Source: Squalus acanthias
Lineage: Eukaryota
Reading direction: 5' to 3'
Assembly (NCBI GenBank): GCA_030390025.1
Contig: CM059432.1
Coordinates: 122,948,001-123,012,000 of the forward strand
DNA: 64,000 nucleotides
Below the pieces are notes generated by a model, which was given only the letters and a program-made list of their open reading frames with translations, searched no databases and was not told the DNA's origin. The translations under genes and the position numbers were made by a program. Within the stretch, counting starts at the first letter, position 1, and every line of letters begins with the position of its first letter. Shown here in pieces: positions 39,169 to 51,585 of this stretch.

Positions 39169-39979
39169 GGGGGCGATTTTCTCAGCCCCGAGGAGGTGGG
39201 TATGGAGGCGGGACTGCCGGGAAAATGGCAGAATTTTCCATGCCATCTTCCCAGGAGGTGGGTTGCCGTCCCGTGCCGGGTCCCATCTCCTTGGAGGTGG
39301 GAAGGGATTAAAGCCTATTAACTGCCTGTTCACAGGTAGTCAACAGGCAGAAAATAGGATTATCCCCTTTTTGCCCTCACAAGTGCGGGCTTCCCGACGG
39401 CACCAAAACCCGCCAGGGTCACCGAGGCGAGTAGTGGGTCTGCGGGGGTCGGAGGAGTGCAAAAGTGTGGTGTGAAGGTAAGTGATGGGTGCAAGAGTGT
39501 AGAGGTGAGTATCTGAGGTAAGTCCTAAGTGTTTTTAAAAGTGTACTTACCTTTGTTTCTTCCTGCAGGCTTCAGTCGGCTTCTATACAGAGAGTCTCGC
39601 ACCCTCCGTGTTGCAGATGAGAGATGTCCGTTGCATTCTCAGATGCAACAAACATCTCAATTTTGTAAAAGAAAGAAGGTTGATGAGGTCTTGTATGCAA
39701 GACCTCATCAAACTGCAGAGATTGTCACTGTTTGACAGCTTCACAGAGCTGTCAAACGATGACAATTCATCTGTCAAAATTTTTGACATGACACGTCATA
39801 CGTTGACGTGCTCTGCAACTGGCTTTCCCTTAATTGGCCTGCTAAGCCCGCTGGGCGGGCTTAACGAGGTCAATCAAGGGAAAATAGCATGGGTTGGCCA
39901 CAACTCGATAGAGGCGGGACTGAAACCCGACAAGCAGCAGTCCCACCTCCAACTCGCCTCCATTCACAAAATCGCCCCC
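39169..39979 (+). mobile_element. Hairpin-rich MITE, Harbinger-like (copy 1)
   Basis: Perfect 12-bp TIRs GGGGGCGATTTT / AAAATCGCCCCC, flanked by TA; related copies at 60556-62105. Confidence 0.85.
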
Positions 39980-41714
39980 TATGTTAGAGATGTCTGTGCT
40001 CTCTCACAATTACTCTGTTGTCTTTTTGTTGCTGTTTCTCGCTTTGTCTCTTTTTTTTGCTTGTGTCTCTTTTTTTTGTTTCTCCCTAATGATCTTTGCT
40101 TCTCTCTCTGTCCTCTTCTGCTTTCTCCTCTTTTTTTCTATGCTTTCTGTGGGGTCTGTTGGGAGAGGGAGCCATGGAAGGCTGCAGGCCATATTTTCTG
40201 CTGGGAAAATGAGGGCTGTAATCCTCTGGCTCCCTTCCCTTCCTCACCCCTATTACTTGTTCTTCCCCTACCCCTTTGACTTTCCACTATGCCTTCCCAT
40301 TCTAATGACCCCCTCACTCCCATTGATATCGCTACTCACTTTTATTTCCACGTCTACCTTTTATCCTCTGAACTACTCACTCAACCCATGTATCCTCCCT
40401 CCCCCTCGGTCTGTTGTAAAACTTACCTGAGTCTTCACACTTCATTCACGCCCCCTTCACTTCCAAGGAGGAACAATGGTGTAAGTATAGCGTGACAAGT
40501 TTCCATAGGCAGTTTTCATTATGTTTGGACATAGGAATTTATAATGGAGAAAGTCGAAAAGAAGTGCATGCATTTGTGATGGATAGGTATGCCATCTCTT
40601 AGTGCTGCTCATAGGTAGTTTAGGGTCTGAAGCAGATTGTGATGTTTAGCTGCTAAGGTGGAGCTGTGTATAACATAACATGGCCTGGCTCTGTAAGACA
40701 TTGCTCAGATACTCCTTGTTGGGAAATTTCACATCTGAGGTTGTTTGTTGAGAGAGTTTTTGTAGACTGGCAGGTTCTTGATAATTTCTTGCCCTTGTCC
40801 TTGGGGAGAAGTGAGTCTATCAATATTGGGGGAAAGCCTGGCTTACTCTTTATATATCATTTTGACACTTTGAACTGTAATGAGCTTGCACACTCGATGC
40901 AATGCAAGATTTATGCAATATGCATTTTTTTGGTTTCATCGAAAATCACAATTCTTGGCCTGCAATGGAAGATAGCATTTCAGACTGATCTGAAATTTGA
41001 TCCAGAGCTGCCCATCCTTTGAAGGGGGGTTGGAAGAGAAACACATTACTCATTGGATACTCCTGCACACTCATCCATCATGTAAATAGAAGAAATTGTA
41101 GAAAATTTTTGAGATACAAATAGCTTAAGCTGTAAATTGCAAACTTTCAAACATTTTTGTTTCAGTTGCTTTATTTGCTATTATTACAGATAGGTTAGTG
41201 TACCTGAAAATAATGTTTTTGTTGGATACCTATTTGTTAGTGAAAATATAAAGTGTATTGTATTTAGATTTATCCTGGATTCTATATTTAGGCTCTGTAT
41301 CATAGGTATATTCAGAAAACAATGTGGTATTTTTCTTGAGCATCTAAGCATCCTTGTATATCAGTGCTCATTTTGTGACACTAATCCAACTTGCATCTAT
41401 ACTTTAAAGTGAAAAAAATGCCTTAACAACTCTTTAAACTTATGACTGAATTTTGGTGCTGTATGGTCTACAGTTTGTTAACTTTTACCTTGGTTTCTTA
41501 TTTCATATAATGTGAGTTGCATTAGACTGTACATAATTTCACAATTATACATTTGCATCAAAATGGTTCAGCAAGCCAGGAGTATGCATGTGGAAAATAC
41601 CAGCAGTCTGGAGTTGAATTGAACCAGTGTACCATTTAAAAAGATAACCTTGTGCCTTAGATCATGTATGATGTTATTCCGTAAACTTGTGATTTACTTT
41701 TGTTGCCCATTCAG

Positions 41715-41811
41715 TGTCCCTGGTTTTGCAGAATGACAAAGATATTCTTACCGAGGTGGCAGCTGTGCTAACTCTGCTGCTGTTTGATGAAGTAGCCAGG
41801 ATAGATTCTTG
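41715..41811 (+). CDS. RTTN: Rotatin coding exon (7th)
   Basis: attcag|TG...TCTTG|gtaaga; 97 nt; (V)SLVLQNDKDILTEVAAVLTLLLFDEVARIDS(W). Confidence 0.94.
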
Positions 41812-42631
41812 GTAAGACAAAGCAAGTTGTCCACTTCATAACTGAAACCAGTAAAATTAATGTTTTAAACAAAATATATATATACTTGTAATTTACATTA
41901 TATTGCTCATTTTTAAGTGCTTTTCATAATGTCATACTTAAAGCAAAAATGAAGATGTGGTTTAAGGTTTAAACTAATGATACTTGTTGGTTATAGTGTA
42001 AAGTAAACCAGTGTATATTTGCTGTGAATTTCAATTTAAACCAGACTGGATTTGGTAAATGAGGTGCCCAACTTTTTTCCTCGTTTTAGTGCTCCGGAGA
42101 GATTCTTGCAACAAGTTTGACTTGTGTGAGTTTTTCTCAGCTCATTCAAATATTCATGAGTCAAACCTCCCTAAAAGATATTCTTTACACAGCTGAAAAT
42201 GACAAATCACAGGACAAGATAAGATGAAAATCCCATTTGTTCTGTAGCGAGAAAGTCTCTTTTTGACATTTTGTATTTTTCTTGTTGTAAATCTTCATCC
42301 TTTTTAAAGCTGACTAATATAAGTACAATAAAACCTCCCTCCCCCAAGCTGAGAACTTAAAAACAATGTTTACTTATTGAAGGTTTGGGCAAATGAATAA
42401 TATCTTTCATTTGTTATAAAGCAACTGTACGTGATATGTGTGCTGACTTCAGTGTGAACTGAATTTGAGATTTAATATAAAGGATATATTCTGCTGTTGC
42501 GGATTAGCATGTTTGTAGTCTAAAGCTCAGTGGTGAGTTAGTAAAAAAAAAATACTGATCTTGCATTGCATTCTGTGTTGATGTGTTTCATTTGTTGATT
42601 ACTTTGCCAAATAATACTGTCTTTGTAACAG

Positions 42632-42688
42632 GTCTGATAGCATCACTGCTCCCCCTCCATTCAGCTTACCTGTTGTTGTAACTCAAAG
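42632..42688 (+). CDS. RTTN: Rotatin coding exon (8th, small)
   Basis: gtaacag|G TCT...CAAAG|gtaagc; 57 nt; (W)SDSITAPPPFSLPVVVTQ(R); phase 2 to 2 links both neighbours. Confidence 0.88.
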
Positions 42689-43883
42689 GTAAGCCTTTTC
42701 ACTCTTTTTCTGCTATTGGCAGCATGTTTTAGCGTTATCCTTTTATCTATAGAAAATATCATAACAGTGTGTCTGTGCACATTTTCATCCATTGTGATCT
42801 GGCGTGACACTTTGTTGATTTGCGCAAACTTCTTATTGCTGAAAAAGCAATAGATTGGTGCTTAACTGTGATAAATTATGAAAATCTGTCAACCCAGAAA
42901 ATGAACCAATCAAATTGCTGAAAATGGTTTTGCAAAAGTCCTTTGTCAACCAATTTTCCTTTCCCCGAGTTCAAAATGTAGATTCTAACATAATGAAACT
43001 ACAGTAATGCGATCAAACTTGTCTATAAACTTGTCTTTTGTGACTTTATTAATGGTTTTACTTGGAAACTTCCGCTTCTCTCAACTGCCTTGGTTTACAA
43101 TTGATATTTTTCTGTCAGTTGACGGGAATTACTAACTACACCCATGCCTGCAATTGCAGGATTCCAGTCTGAGCATGTGCAATGTGAAGAATTTACCAAT
43201 TAATTCTTTTTTTTGCATCACTGCCTTTGGTTATCTTTTTTCTAAAATATGTCACTGGAGATAGACACACCTCACACACTTTCATACCCCAGCAGCCAAA
43301 TGAAAACTGTATAAAGTGCAGTTTTTAATGTTTCATGATGTAATCTTGACACAAAACCAAATATATGCGCTACAGATTGTTTATATATGCAACTTATGTT
43401 TACTTAAAACAGGCATATATTTGCTGTCAGTGCCTTTTGAGAACTTCATTAATGTTTTTATAAAGTGCATATCACTACACCAACCTTTTCTCTATTTGAT
43501 TTATTCATTCCAGTATTGGCATGCAAGTCTAAATGTTATAAATGCCTGAATCTAACCATGATCATGGTTTGATTAGTTTAATATTTGAAAACAAATCTGT
43601 ATTGTTAACCCTTCCAGTACCACCAACAGTTGGTAGATGCAGGAGCTGCTGGCACGGTGACTTTTTAAGTGTTTGGTACACCTGATGTCCGACTGGAAAA
43701 ATATCAGGACTTTGTTATGTCAGATCCAACGATGCAGCCAGGTTATAATTCACTGTTTACTCTCCTATTTGACTGGAAAAGCCATGTGGGGTGCTTTAAT
43801 TGATGTAGATATTTTCTATCAACTGTTTTTGTTATGGCATGTTCCCCATGGTTTTGCTTTGGTCTGTTTTTTCATTTGAAAAG

Positions 43884-44078
43884 GTACAACTTGTTGGTCA
43901 AAGTGGCAGTTCATCACGCAGTGAGTCCCTACTGTACTGTGGTTCCATCTGCTTCGGACCCTATGACCTTAAGACCTGTGTCAGCCTTGTTGAAAGCAGC
44001 CTGGAATCTTGCATGGTATCATGGGATTGATCAGACTTTAGATCAGAATAGATATCAAGGAATTGATACCTCACCAGA
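43884..44078 (+). CDS. RTTN: Rotatin coding exon (9th)
   Basis: tttgaaaag|G TAC...CCAGA|gtaagt; 195 nt; YNLLVKVAVHHAVSPYCTVVP...AWNLAWYHGIDQ. Confidence 0.94.
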
Positions 44079-45196
44079 GTAAGTATAAATATAATTTGTT
44101 CAGTAAAATGTTTGCATTGTAATGGGGTTCCACTGTAATATAAGAGTTATAGTCACCGTGTGCAACAATTAGGGACAAACGGTTTAAAGTATTGATGAAC
44201 AACAACAGTTTTATAGCAAAGTAAAGCATGTGAATTTTGATGGAAACTTCATTTTCAATATAAATTCATTGTTAGACCTGTGGATGCAACTCTTCAGAGA
44301 AATGTATGCAAAGTCCCTCCTGAAGTCTAGGCAGTATGCTTTTTTCCAGAAATGAGTCTTGTACCTTTCTGACTCCAGTTTTGGTAGTGTTTTAGAGTGA
44401 CACATGCAAGATTTGCTCCAGGTACTATGAAAAAACAATAGAAGTTAATATCTAGTACAATTTCCCCTGCTCTTTGGCATAGAGTTAATATATATGGTGC
44501 CCAGTCACCCATGCTCTAAAAAGTGTTGCTTTTTAATCCCCTTCAATTGTTTGCTCTTTGCTTTCTTGAAAGTAGTGACTCATTCTGGGGTCTGTTTATT
44601 ATTAAACTTTATCTATGTGACTATTCTTTGTATGTAAACATGGGCAGTTTATCAGTGGGCTGCCCAACTATTGAGCCCCACCCTGTTCTCTTTCTTTTCT
44701 ACATGTACAGTCTTCCAATGGCAGTTTCTGGATAGCTGTGAGGATGGGGTGCCCTGGCCTATATTTGGCTATTGCTAATTGTGGCATCTGACTCGGATTG
44801 ACTGACTCAGTTCAGACCAGTAATTGAACCCTGGACCTTGATGGTGTGCGTGGTTTAGTGTTGCACCACATTGTGCATTTACCTACTGGCGAAGGGAGTT
44901 CAAAGTACTACTCTCTGACCTTCCCTGAGTCATCATTTCAATGCCTAATACAAGAACCCATGCTACTTCTAAAACCACAAAAAACTGGATGATCTGTGGT
45001 AATCAGCACAAGTTTTGTCAAACCAGCAGCCCAGCAGGCATTAGCGAGTCAAAATAGAAATTCAGATCCAAAATGCCCTTAAAAATCAAACTCTGCCTTC
45101 TATAAGTCTTGGCCTATTGTTATGTTTTGATTGATTGTTGCCATCTAAAATTACAAGTGACTGCTTGTTTTCCAACTTCAGCTGAACTGTTTTGTG

Positions 45197-45640
45197 TGTC
45201 AGCTGTGGCTCAGTGGGCAGTACCCTCTCCTCTGAGTCAGAAGGTTGTGGGTTCAAGTCCCACTCCAGAGACTTGAGCACAAAAATCTAGGCTGACACTC
45301 CGGTGCCGTACTGAGGGAGTGCTGCACTGTCGGAGGTGCCGTCTTTCGGATGAGACGTTAAACCGAGGCCCCGTTGGCGCTCTCAGGTGAATGTAAAAGA
45401 TCCTATGGCACTATTTCGAAGAGCAGGGGCGTTCTCCCTAGTGTCCTTGTCAATATTTATCCCTCAGTCAACATAACAAAAACAGATTATCTGGTTATTA
45501 TCGCATTGCTTGTGCGCAAATTGGCTGCTGCGTTTCCTACATTATAACAGTGACTCCACTTCAAAAAGTACTTCATTGGCTGTAAATCGCTTTGGGACGT
45601 CCAGTGGTCGTGAAAGGTGCTATATAAATGCAAGTCTGTT
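45197..45640 (+). mobile_element. Deu-type tRNA SINE, full length
   Basis: Colinear with 22188-22653. Confidence 0.88.
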
Positions 45641-45743
45641 TATCTCATTGTACATTAAATACTGAAGCTGCAGAATCTGATTATATACATGCTGACTTCA
45701 TTGACGCATTGATTTGTTGCTTTATATTTTTCTTCTGTTATAG

Positions 45744-45983
45744 ATTTTTAGAGAACCTGAAGTTGTCTTCCGTTGACATTGTAGTGCTAAAAGCAAGCCA
45801 TGTTACTAGTGGTCTGCAGGAGTGTCTCGTTTCCATCACCCAGGCAGCCTCTCACAGTGTTGTCAGTTCTGCTCTTACCAGAATGAGATTGTATTTGTTA
45901 AATGACAAACTAGCTCTGAAACAAGGACCTGGTAGCAGTATATCTACATTACATCACCTTGAATGGCAAACCGCACTGGCCAG
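45744..45983 (+). CDS. RTTN: Rotatin coding exon (10th)
   Basis: gttatag|A TTT...GCCAG|gtttgt; 240 nt; FLENLKLSSVDIVVLKASHVTSGLQECL...YLLNDKLALK...EWQTALA(R). Confidence 0.94.
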
Positions 45984-46203
45984 GTTTGTACAATTACTGA
46001 AAACCACAACCCTTGCAAAAGTTGGAAGCTACTTGTTTTCAAATGATGTTTACTGTTTAACAGTTATATGTGCATACCTTTATGCGGTTTATTTATTAAG
46101 TGTCCTGTCTACCCTTTTTATCTCTCCCAAGTGGTTCATTTTCAAGGTATCTTCATAAATGCAGTCAAAGCTACTGCTTGAATTTTCTGCACTTAAGTGC
46201 TAT

Positions 46204-47398
46204 TGTCAGCCGTGGCTCAGTGGGCAGCACCCTTGCCTCCGAGTCAGAAGATTGTGGGTTCAAGTCCCACTCCAGAGACTTGAGCGCAAAAATCTAGTCG
46301 GAGGTGCCGTCTTTCGGATGAGACGTTAAACCGAGGCCCCGTCTGCTCTCTCAGGTGGACGTAAAAGATCCAACAGCACTATTTCGAAGAAGAACAGGGG
46401 AGTTATCCCCGGTGTCCTGGCCAATATTTATCCCTCAATCAACATCACTTAAAAAAAAAAAAGATTGGGCCAAAAATTCATCCCGCTGCGCGAGAGTACG
46501 CACTGCGTACTCTCGCGTATTCTCTCTCCAATTGCCGGTTTTCTGCATGCCCTGCGCATGCGCTGAAAACCGGCACTTGGTCTTTTGAAAAGGGGGCGGT
46601 TCCTCGGTGCATCGCGTGCGCGCTACAGGCTGCGCGCACGCTGTGCACTTCGTGCTTTGGACGCGCAGGTAAGGACGGAAGATTTTAGAAATGGAAAAAG
46701 GAGGAGTAAGACCCACTTTTAACAAGGTAAGTAGTGAATTAAGTATTTTTTTGAATTTTTTTTAACAGGTATATCTTTTTTAGAGACTTTAAAGACAGGT
46801 AAGTTTATTTTTATAACTTTTTAAAAGATTTAAAAAATTTTCAAAAATTTAACTTTTTTTATTTAAAATGGTTAATTTATTTAACTATACTTATTTTATT
46901 AATGTGATGGTTTTTTTTAAATTTAATTGAGGTTTAGCTGTTATTTTGGGGGGGTGTAAGATTCATAGATTTCACAGCACGTATGTGAAACTTATGAATG
47001 GAAGATGGTGTGCTGCCATTGGCTCTAACTGAGTCACGTGATCCCACAGCTCGCACGAATTCACTACGCCGGTGGGATACGCAAGCACTGCCCAGCTGAT
47101 GTCTGGAACATCAAGTTCGTGCGAGCTGGATCTGAAAAAGCACAAGTGGAGTGAGAGATCGCGGGGAAGCCTTACCCCCGCGGGAACAGAGCGAGATCAA
47201 TTTCTGGGCCAATATCTGGTCATTATCACATTGATGTTTGTGGGTGCTTGCTGTGCGCAAATTGGCTGCCGTGTTTCCTACATTATAATGTGACTACACT
47301 TATATATAAAAAAAGTACTTTATTGGCTGAAATGCGCTTTGGGATGTCCGGTGGTCATGAAAGGCACTATATAAATGCAAGTCTGTTTTTCTTTTCTT
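46204..47398 (+). mobile_element. Deu-type tRNA SINE interrupted by a MITE
   Basis: Head at 46204-46466; the tail resumes at 47211 (atctggtcatt...). Confidence 0.85.
46467..47210. mobile_element. PIF/Harbinger-type MITE
   Basis: Imperfect TIRs GGGCCAAAAATTCATCCCGC / GCGAGATCAATTTCTGGGCC; flanks ATT/AAT; shares an internal hairpin (gccggttttc...gaaaaccggc) with 18081-18826. Confidence 0.78.
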
Positions 47399-47732
47399 TT
47401 ATTGAGAGGGGTGCTACTAGATGGTTTTCTCTCGTTAGGCCAATGCTAAAAAATGTGCCTGGGAAAGCCTTACAATTTGTTTTTATTGTAAATTTGAACC
47501 ATTAGGAATCAATGAAGCCCACTTTTTTGTGGGTTTTGTTTATTTCATATTTACTTAAACATGAAAATTGGTGAAGAGAATGCATGCCAACCATTTTTAG
47601 TTATTGTGCCCTCTCGTTTCCTAATGCCCATGTTCTAATTGTTGTTACAAAATAAGTGATATCAATAGAACTAACCTTGAGTATTGTAACTTTCAATATA
47701 GTTCTAACAAGGTATTTAAAGAACCTTCGCTT

Positions 47733-47938
47733 CTGGCCAATATTTATCCCTCAATCAACATAACAAAAACAGATTATCTGGTTATTATCGCATTGCTTGT
47801 GCGCAAATTGGCTGCCGCGTTTCCTACATTACAACAGTGACTACACTCCAAAAGTACTTCATTGGCTGTAAAGTGCTTTGAGACATCCGGTGATCGTGAA
47901 AGGCGCTATATACATTTAAGTCTTTCTTTCTTTCTTTC
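47733..47938 (+). mobile_element. 3' half of a Deu-type SINE with (TTTC)n tail
   Basis: Matches 45450-45640. Confidence 0.8.
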
Positions 47939-48029
47939 TACACTATGTTGCTCCTTTCACATAACAAGCGTTACAGGATATAGGAGGACACTTGCAGAAA
48001 GTGGGAGAACGGTTACGGGTAATCAAAAA

Positions 48030-48705
48030 CGCTGCTGAAGTAATAGGTTTTAAGGTAGCTCTTGAAGGTAAAGAAAGAGTTGTCAAAGTGATAAAGGTTT
48101 AGGAAGTTGCAGAATGTAAAGGTCTGGTGGCCAAAAGATCTGCCAGTGCAGGTGGGACAAAGGGCGTGGAGGGATTATAGTAGGCCAAAGTTGGAAAAGC
48201 GGATAATGAGTGTTGAGATGTGGGGCTGGGAAGATTGCAGAGGTAGGAAGGAGTGAGGCCATGGAAATATTTGAAGAAGAGACTGAGGAATTTAAAGTTG
48301 ATGCACTGGGGCATGGAGAACCAATGAAGGTTTGCAAGGATTGGGTATGACAATTAGGATGGTTTAGAATACAACCAGTAGAGTTCTGGATGAGTTGGAG
48401 TTTGTGTAGATCAGAGCTCAAGCGGCTGCCGTGGAGAGTATTGGAGATGTCAAGCTTTGAAGCGATGATGGCGTGAATGAGAGTTTCAGCAGGGGTGGGG
48501 ATTCAGGCAGGTATTGTTATGGAGGTGGAAATAGATGGTTGTGGTGACAAAGGGATATTGCAGGCTGGGTGTGGATTTTGAAGTTCCGTTTAAGGTCGAA
48601 CAGGACACTGAGGGTGAGCACTGCCAGGTTCAGCTTGAGTGAGCAGCCAGAATGGGGGATGGGATAGGTGCCAGAGACGCAAAGGTTCTGGTGCGAACAC
48701 AACAG
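48030..48705 (-). mobile_element. Old L2 LINE fragment
   Basis: LHKLQLIQNS...PILANLHW...INFK L2 C-terminal motifs in broken frames. Similar L2 remnants at ~52990-53500 (+) and ~1510-1880. Confidence 0.7.
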
Positions 48706-49314
48706 CCTTTAATGCTGATATACGCAGTTTATTCCATTTTGATTTTCCTTATTCAATTACACTGAAAGCAGTGAAACCAAAGCTGAAGTCCTGATGAAAC
48801 TGCAGCAATAGTATTATCGTGGGGAGTGCATGCCAGCATTTTATCAAGTGTTGTTTTCCTCCTCCTTCATGAAACCACCCTGACAAAACGGTTTGTCAAA
48901 TGGGAATAGGAATGAAGCTGGATCATTACCTGTTCTAGATATATAGATAACATCTGAAAGATCCCAAGTCTTATTTCTGCAGAATAGTCTTTGCATAATT
49001 AAGTATGATGTGTGCATTGCAAAAAAGCACAGGCAAAATAGGTGGCAAAATATGCAACGGGGAGACCATGGGGTGCATTCACTGTGTATAAATTAACATT
49101 ACATTCTGAAACTCTCTGAAGGACTGGAATTGTACTCCGTATTTCATTGTTATGTTTCAAAATCTTGCTTTTGATTTGTTTTAACTTAATTTACTTAGAA
49201 CAAAAGCTAGCATTTCAAAAATAATGTAAAAGCACATGCATGAAAAATTTACTCTGTGTTCAGTGACCTGCATTAGTTTGAAATTTTACACAGTGGTTAT
49301 TAATTATGTTCCAG

Positions 49315-49458
49315 GTTTTTACAAGTTCTTCCAGCCTGTGTTGAAGATGAGAAACTCCTGGCTGACGTTGTGGTTTTCCTGAGCAAAATATTGATAGCAC
49401 AAAGGACGGTACAGATACCAAGGACCTAAAGTTACTTTTGGAGCTCCTGCTTAGACAG
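49315..49458 (+). CDS. RTTN: Rotatin coding exon (11th), carrying an apparent 1-nt deletion/frameshift
   Basis: ttccag|G TTT...CAG|gtaata. [29 protein letters not shown] is in one frame and [18 protein letters not shown] in another; 144 nt where the flanking phases need 145. Confidence 0.9.
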
Positions 49459-50029
49459 GTAATAAGATATTGTTAATGCTATTAGTAAATGTAGATGAAT
49501 GGATACTAAACTCAATGGCTCTAATCCAATCAAGGGCATCAGAATGGTAATTAATGTCAGTTGAATGCACATAGTTCGCACATAGTCTTAAGATAATAGA
49601 CTTCAGAGAGTCTATTTGCTTTTTTACATAGGCCTTCTGCTATTCATATTTTTTTTGCTGAATTTAGGTTTAAAAAATTGGTTGAAATTGGACACGAGCA
49701 ACTACGTCATCTTCATTCAGGCATTTCTCACACTAGAAACTTGTCCAATCTTTCTTGGTTATGGGGAATCACTTTTTGTCATAATGTCATTGAGGCTGCT
49801 CTCCTGCTCCCACTCTCTAAACAGGCCCAGGATGACTGGAAAGGTCTGTTGTTTTGTAGCAGATAGACATGGGAATTGCTCAAATTGTGTCTCCCAAAAC
49901 TCATAATCACTTCAGGTGCTAACATCAGTTTAGTCAGTCAGACTCAACTTTGGAAGGAACAAATAAATTCTTATGCATAAATAGAAATTGCTTACAACAG
50001 TCTTCAGAAAGTATTATGTTAACATAACA

Positions 50030-50537
50030 ATGGTCTCCATATTACAAAGAGGATATATAAGTACTGGAGAAGGTGCAAAAAAAGATTTACAAGAATGATA
50101 CCAGAACTGAGAGGTTATAATTATTAGAAAAGACTGAACAGACTGGGGCTCTTTTCTCTAGAAATGAGAAGGCTGAGGGGTGACCTGATGGAGGTCTTTT
50201 AAAAAAAAAATGAAGGGGTTTGATAGGATAGACTTAGAGATAGACTTGTGAGGGAGTCCAAATTTAGAGGACACAAATACAAGATAGTCACTAATGGATC
50301 CAATAAGTCATTCAGGGGAAACTTCTTTACCCAGAGAGTAGACAGAATGAGTAGTTGAGGCAAATAGCATAGATGCCTTTAAGGAGCAGCTAGATAAGTA
50401 CATGAGGGAGAAAGGAATAGAAGGATATGCTGTTAGGGTTAGATGATGTAGGGTGGGAGGAGGCTCGTGTGGAGCATAAAAACCGGCATAGACCAGTTGG
50501 GTCGAAAGACCTTTTTCTGTGCTGTACTTTCGATGTA
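50030..50537 (+). mobile_element. CR1 LINE 3' fragment
   Basis: gagaaggctgaggggtgacctgat...aacttctttacccagagagt (RRLRGDL...FFTQRV). Confidence 0.8.
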
Positions 50538-50879
50538 ACAGGAGTTGATGGGCATCATAAACGCCTCCACCTCCTCAAACCTCATTCAGCGATCTGAATG
50601 TGATGAATTTGTAAGATCAGGAGATGAATTATTGAGGTGAAATCAGTCTATTCCTACTCATTTACCTCCCTTTGCATCTTTTAAAAATCTTCCCAAAACG
50701 TATCTCTTTGACCAATCTTGGAGTGATCCCTCCTAATCTCACCCTTCCACTGTTGGTGTCCATTTCCTTGCATCTATTTGTGAAGTGCCTTGGAGCGCTT
50801 CTTTGCATGAATCACACTATATAAAAATAAAGTTGTTACTGTGCCACTCGTGCACAGGCTAGATCAGAATCAACTCATA

Positions 50880-51585
50880 GGGCTGGATTTTGATACTGGG
50901 ACGGGTTGGGGTCGTGTCATCCACTTTTCGTGTTATCCACCCGACTGCAATTGGATGTGGGAGATTGATGCAATTTTCACCTAATTGGGCAATTGAGTTT
51001 CAGCAGGTGGGAACCCATGAACCAATTAGTGTTTTCAGTCTGAAAGTCGCCTCTGATGATGTCATCATTGCTGCTGCATTGAAGGTCTTCAGAGACTGCC
51101 TGGCCTTTGCTGTGAGAGGACCTGGATGCAAAATGAGCAGCAGCCCTAAGTCTGCTCCCAGATATTTTTACACCACCACTCCCAGATATGTCTCCTCCCC
51201 ATCCATCCATATATGCATCCATCCACATAGCCATCCATATATGCATCCATCCACATAGCCATCCATATATGCATCCCCATAGCCAGCCAGATAGATGTGC
51301 TCCTGCCAGGTTTCACATTCGTGGTTCAGAACAGGCGTGCCTCACGTAGAAAAAGGGTTAGAATCACAAAAGCCTTTCAAAATGGCATTATAGAGGTAAT
51401 TTAGTGCTTGTTAAGGGCCTTAACAGCCTATCCCGCCTCTAAGAGGTGGGACGGAGTCGGGACCAGCAGACACGATTTCATGAAAATTGCATGGAGGCAG
51501 GCTTGTGCCCGCCCGCCAGTTTTCGCAATTTTAACCCCCCACACGCCTCAAAACCCGCCTCCACGGGTCAATGAAAATCCAGCCC
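50880..51585. mobile_element. PIF/Harbinger-type MITE
   Basis: Perfect 12-bp TIRs GGGCTGGATTTT / AAAATCCAGCCC with ATA TSD; internal 28-bp tandem repeat at ~51204-51277. Confidence 0.85.

Noticed and set aside
39608..40430. 223-aa and 149-aa ORFs
   Set aside because: They run through a MITE and T/C-rich low-complexity sequence; no recognisable domain.
45984..46158. ORF continuing past the RTTN exon (RFVQLLKTT...)
   Set aside because: Intron read-through after the AG|GTTTGT donor; the true continuation (RFLQVLP) is in the exon at 49315.
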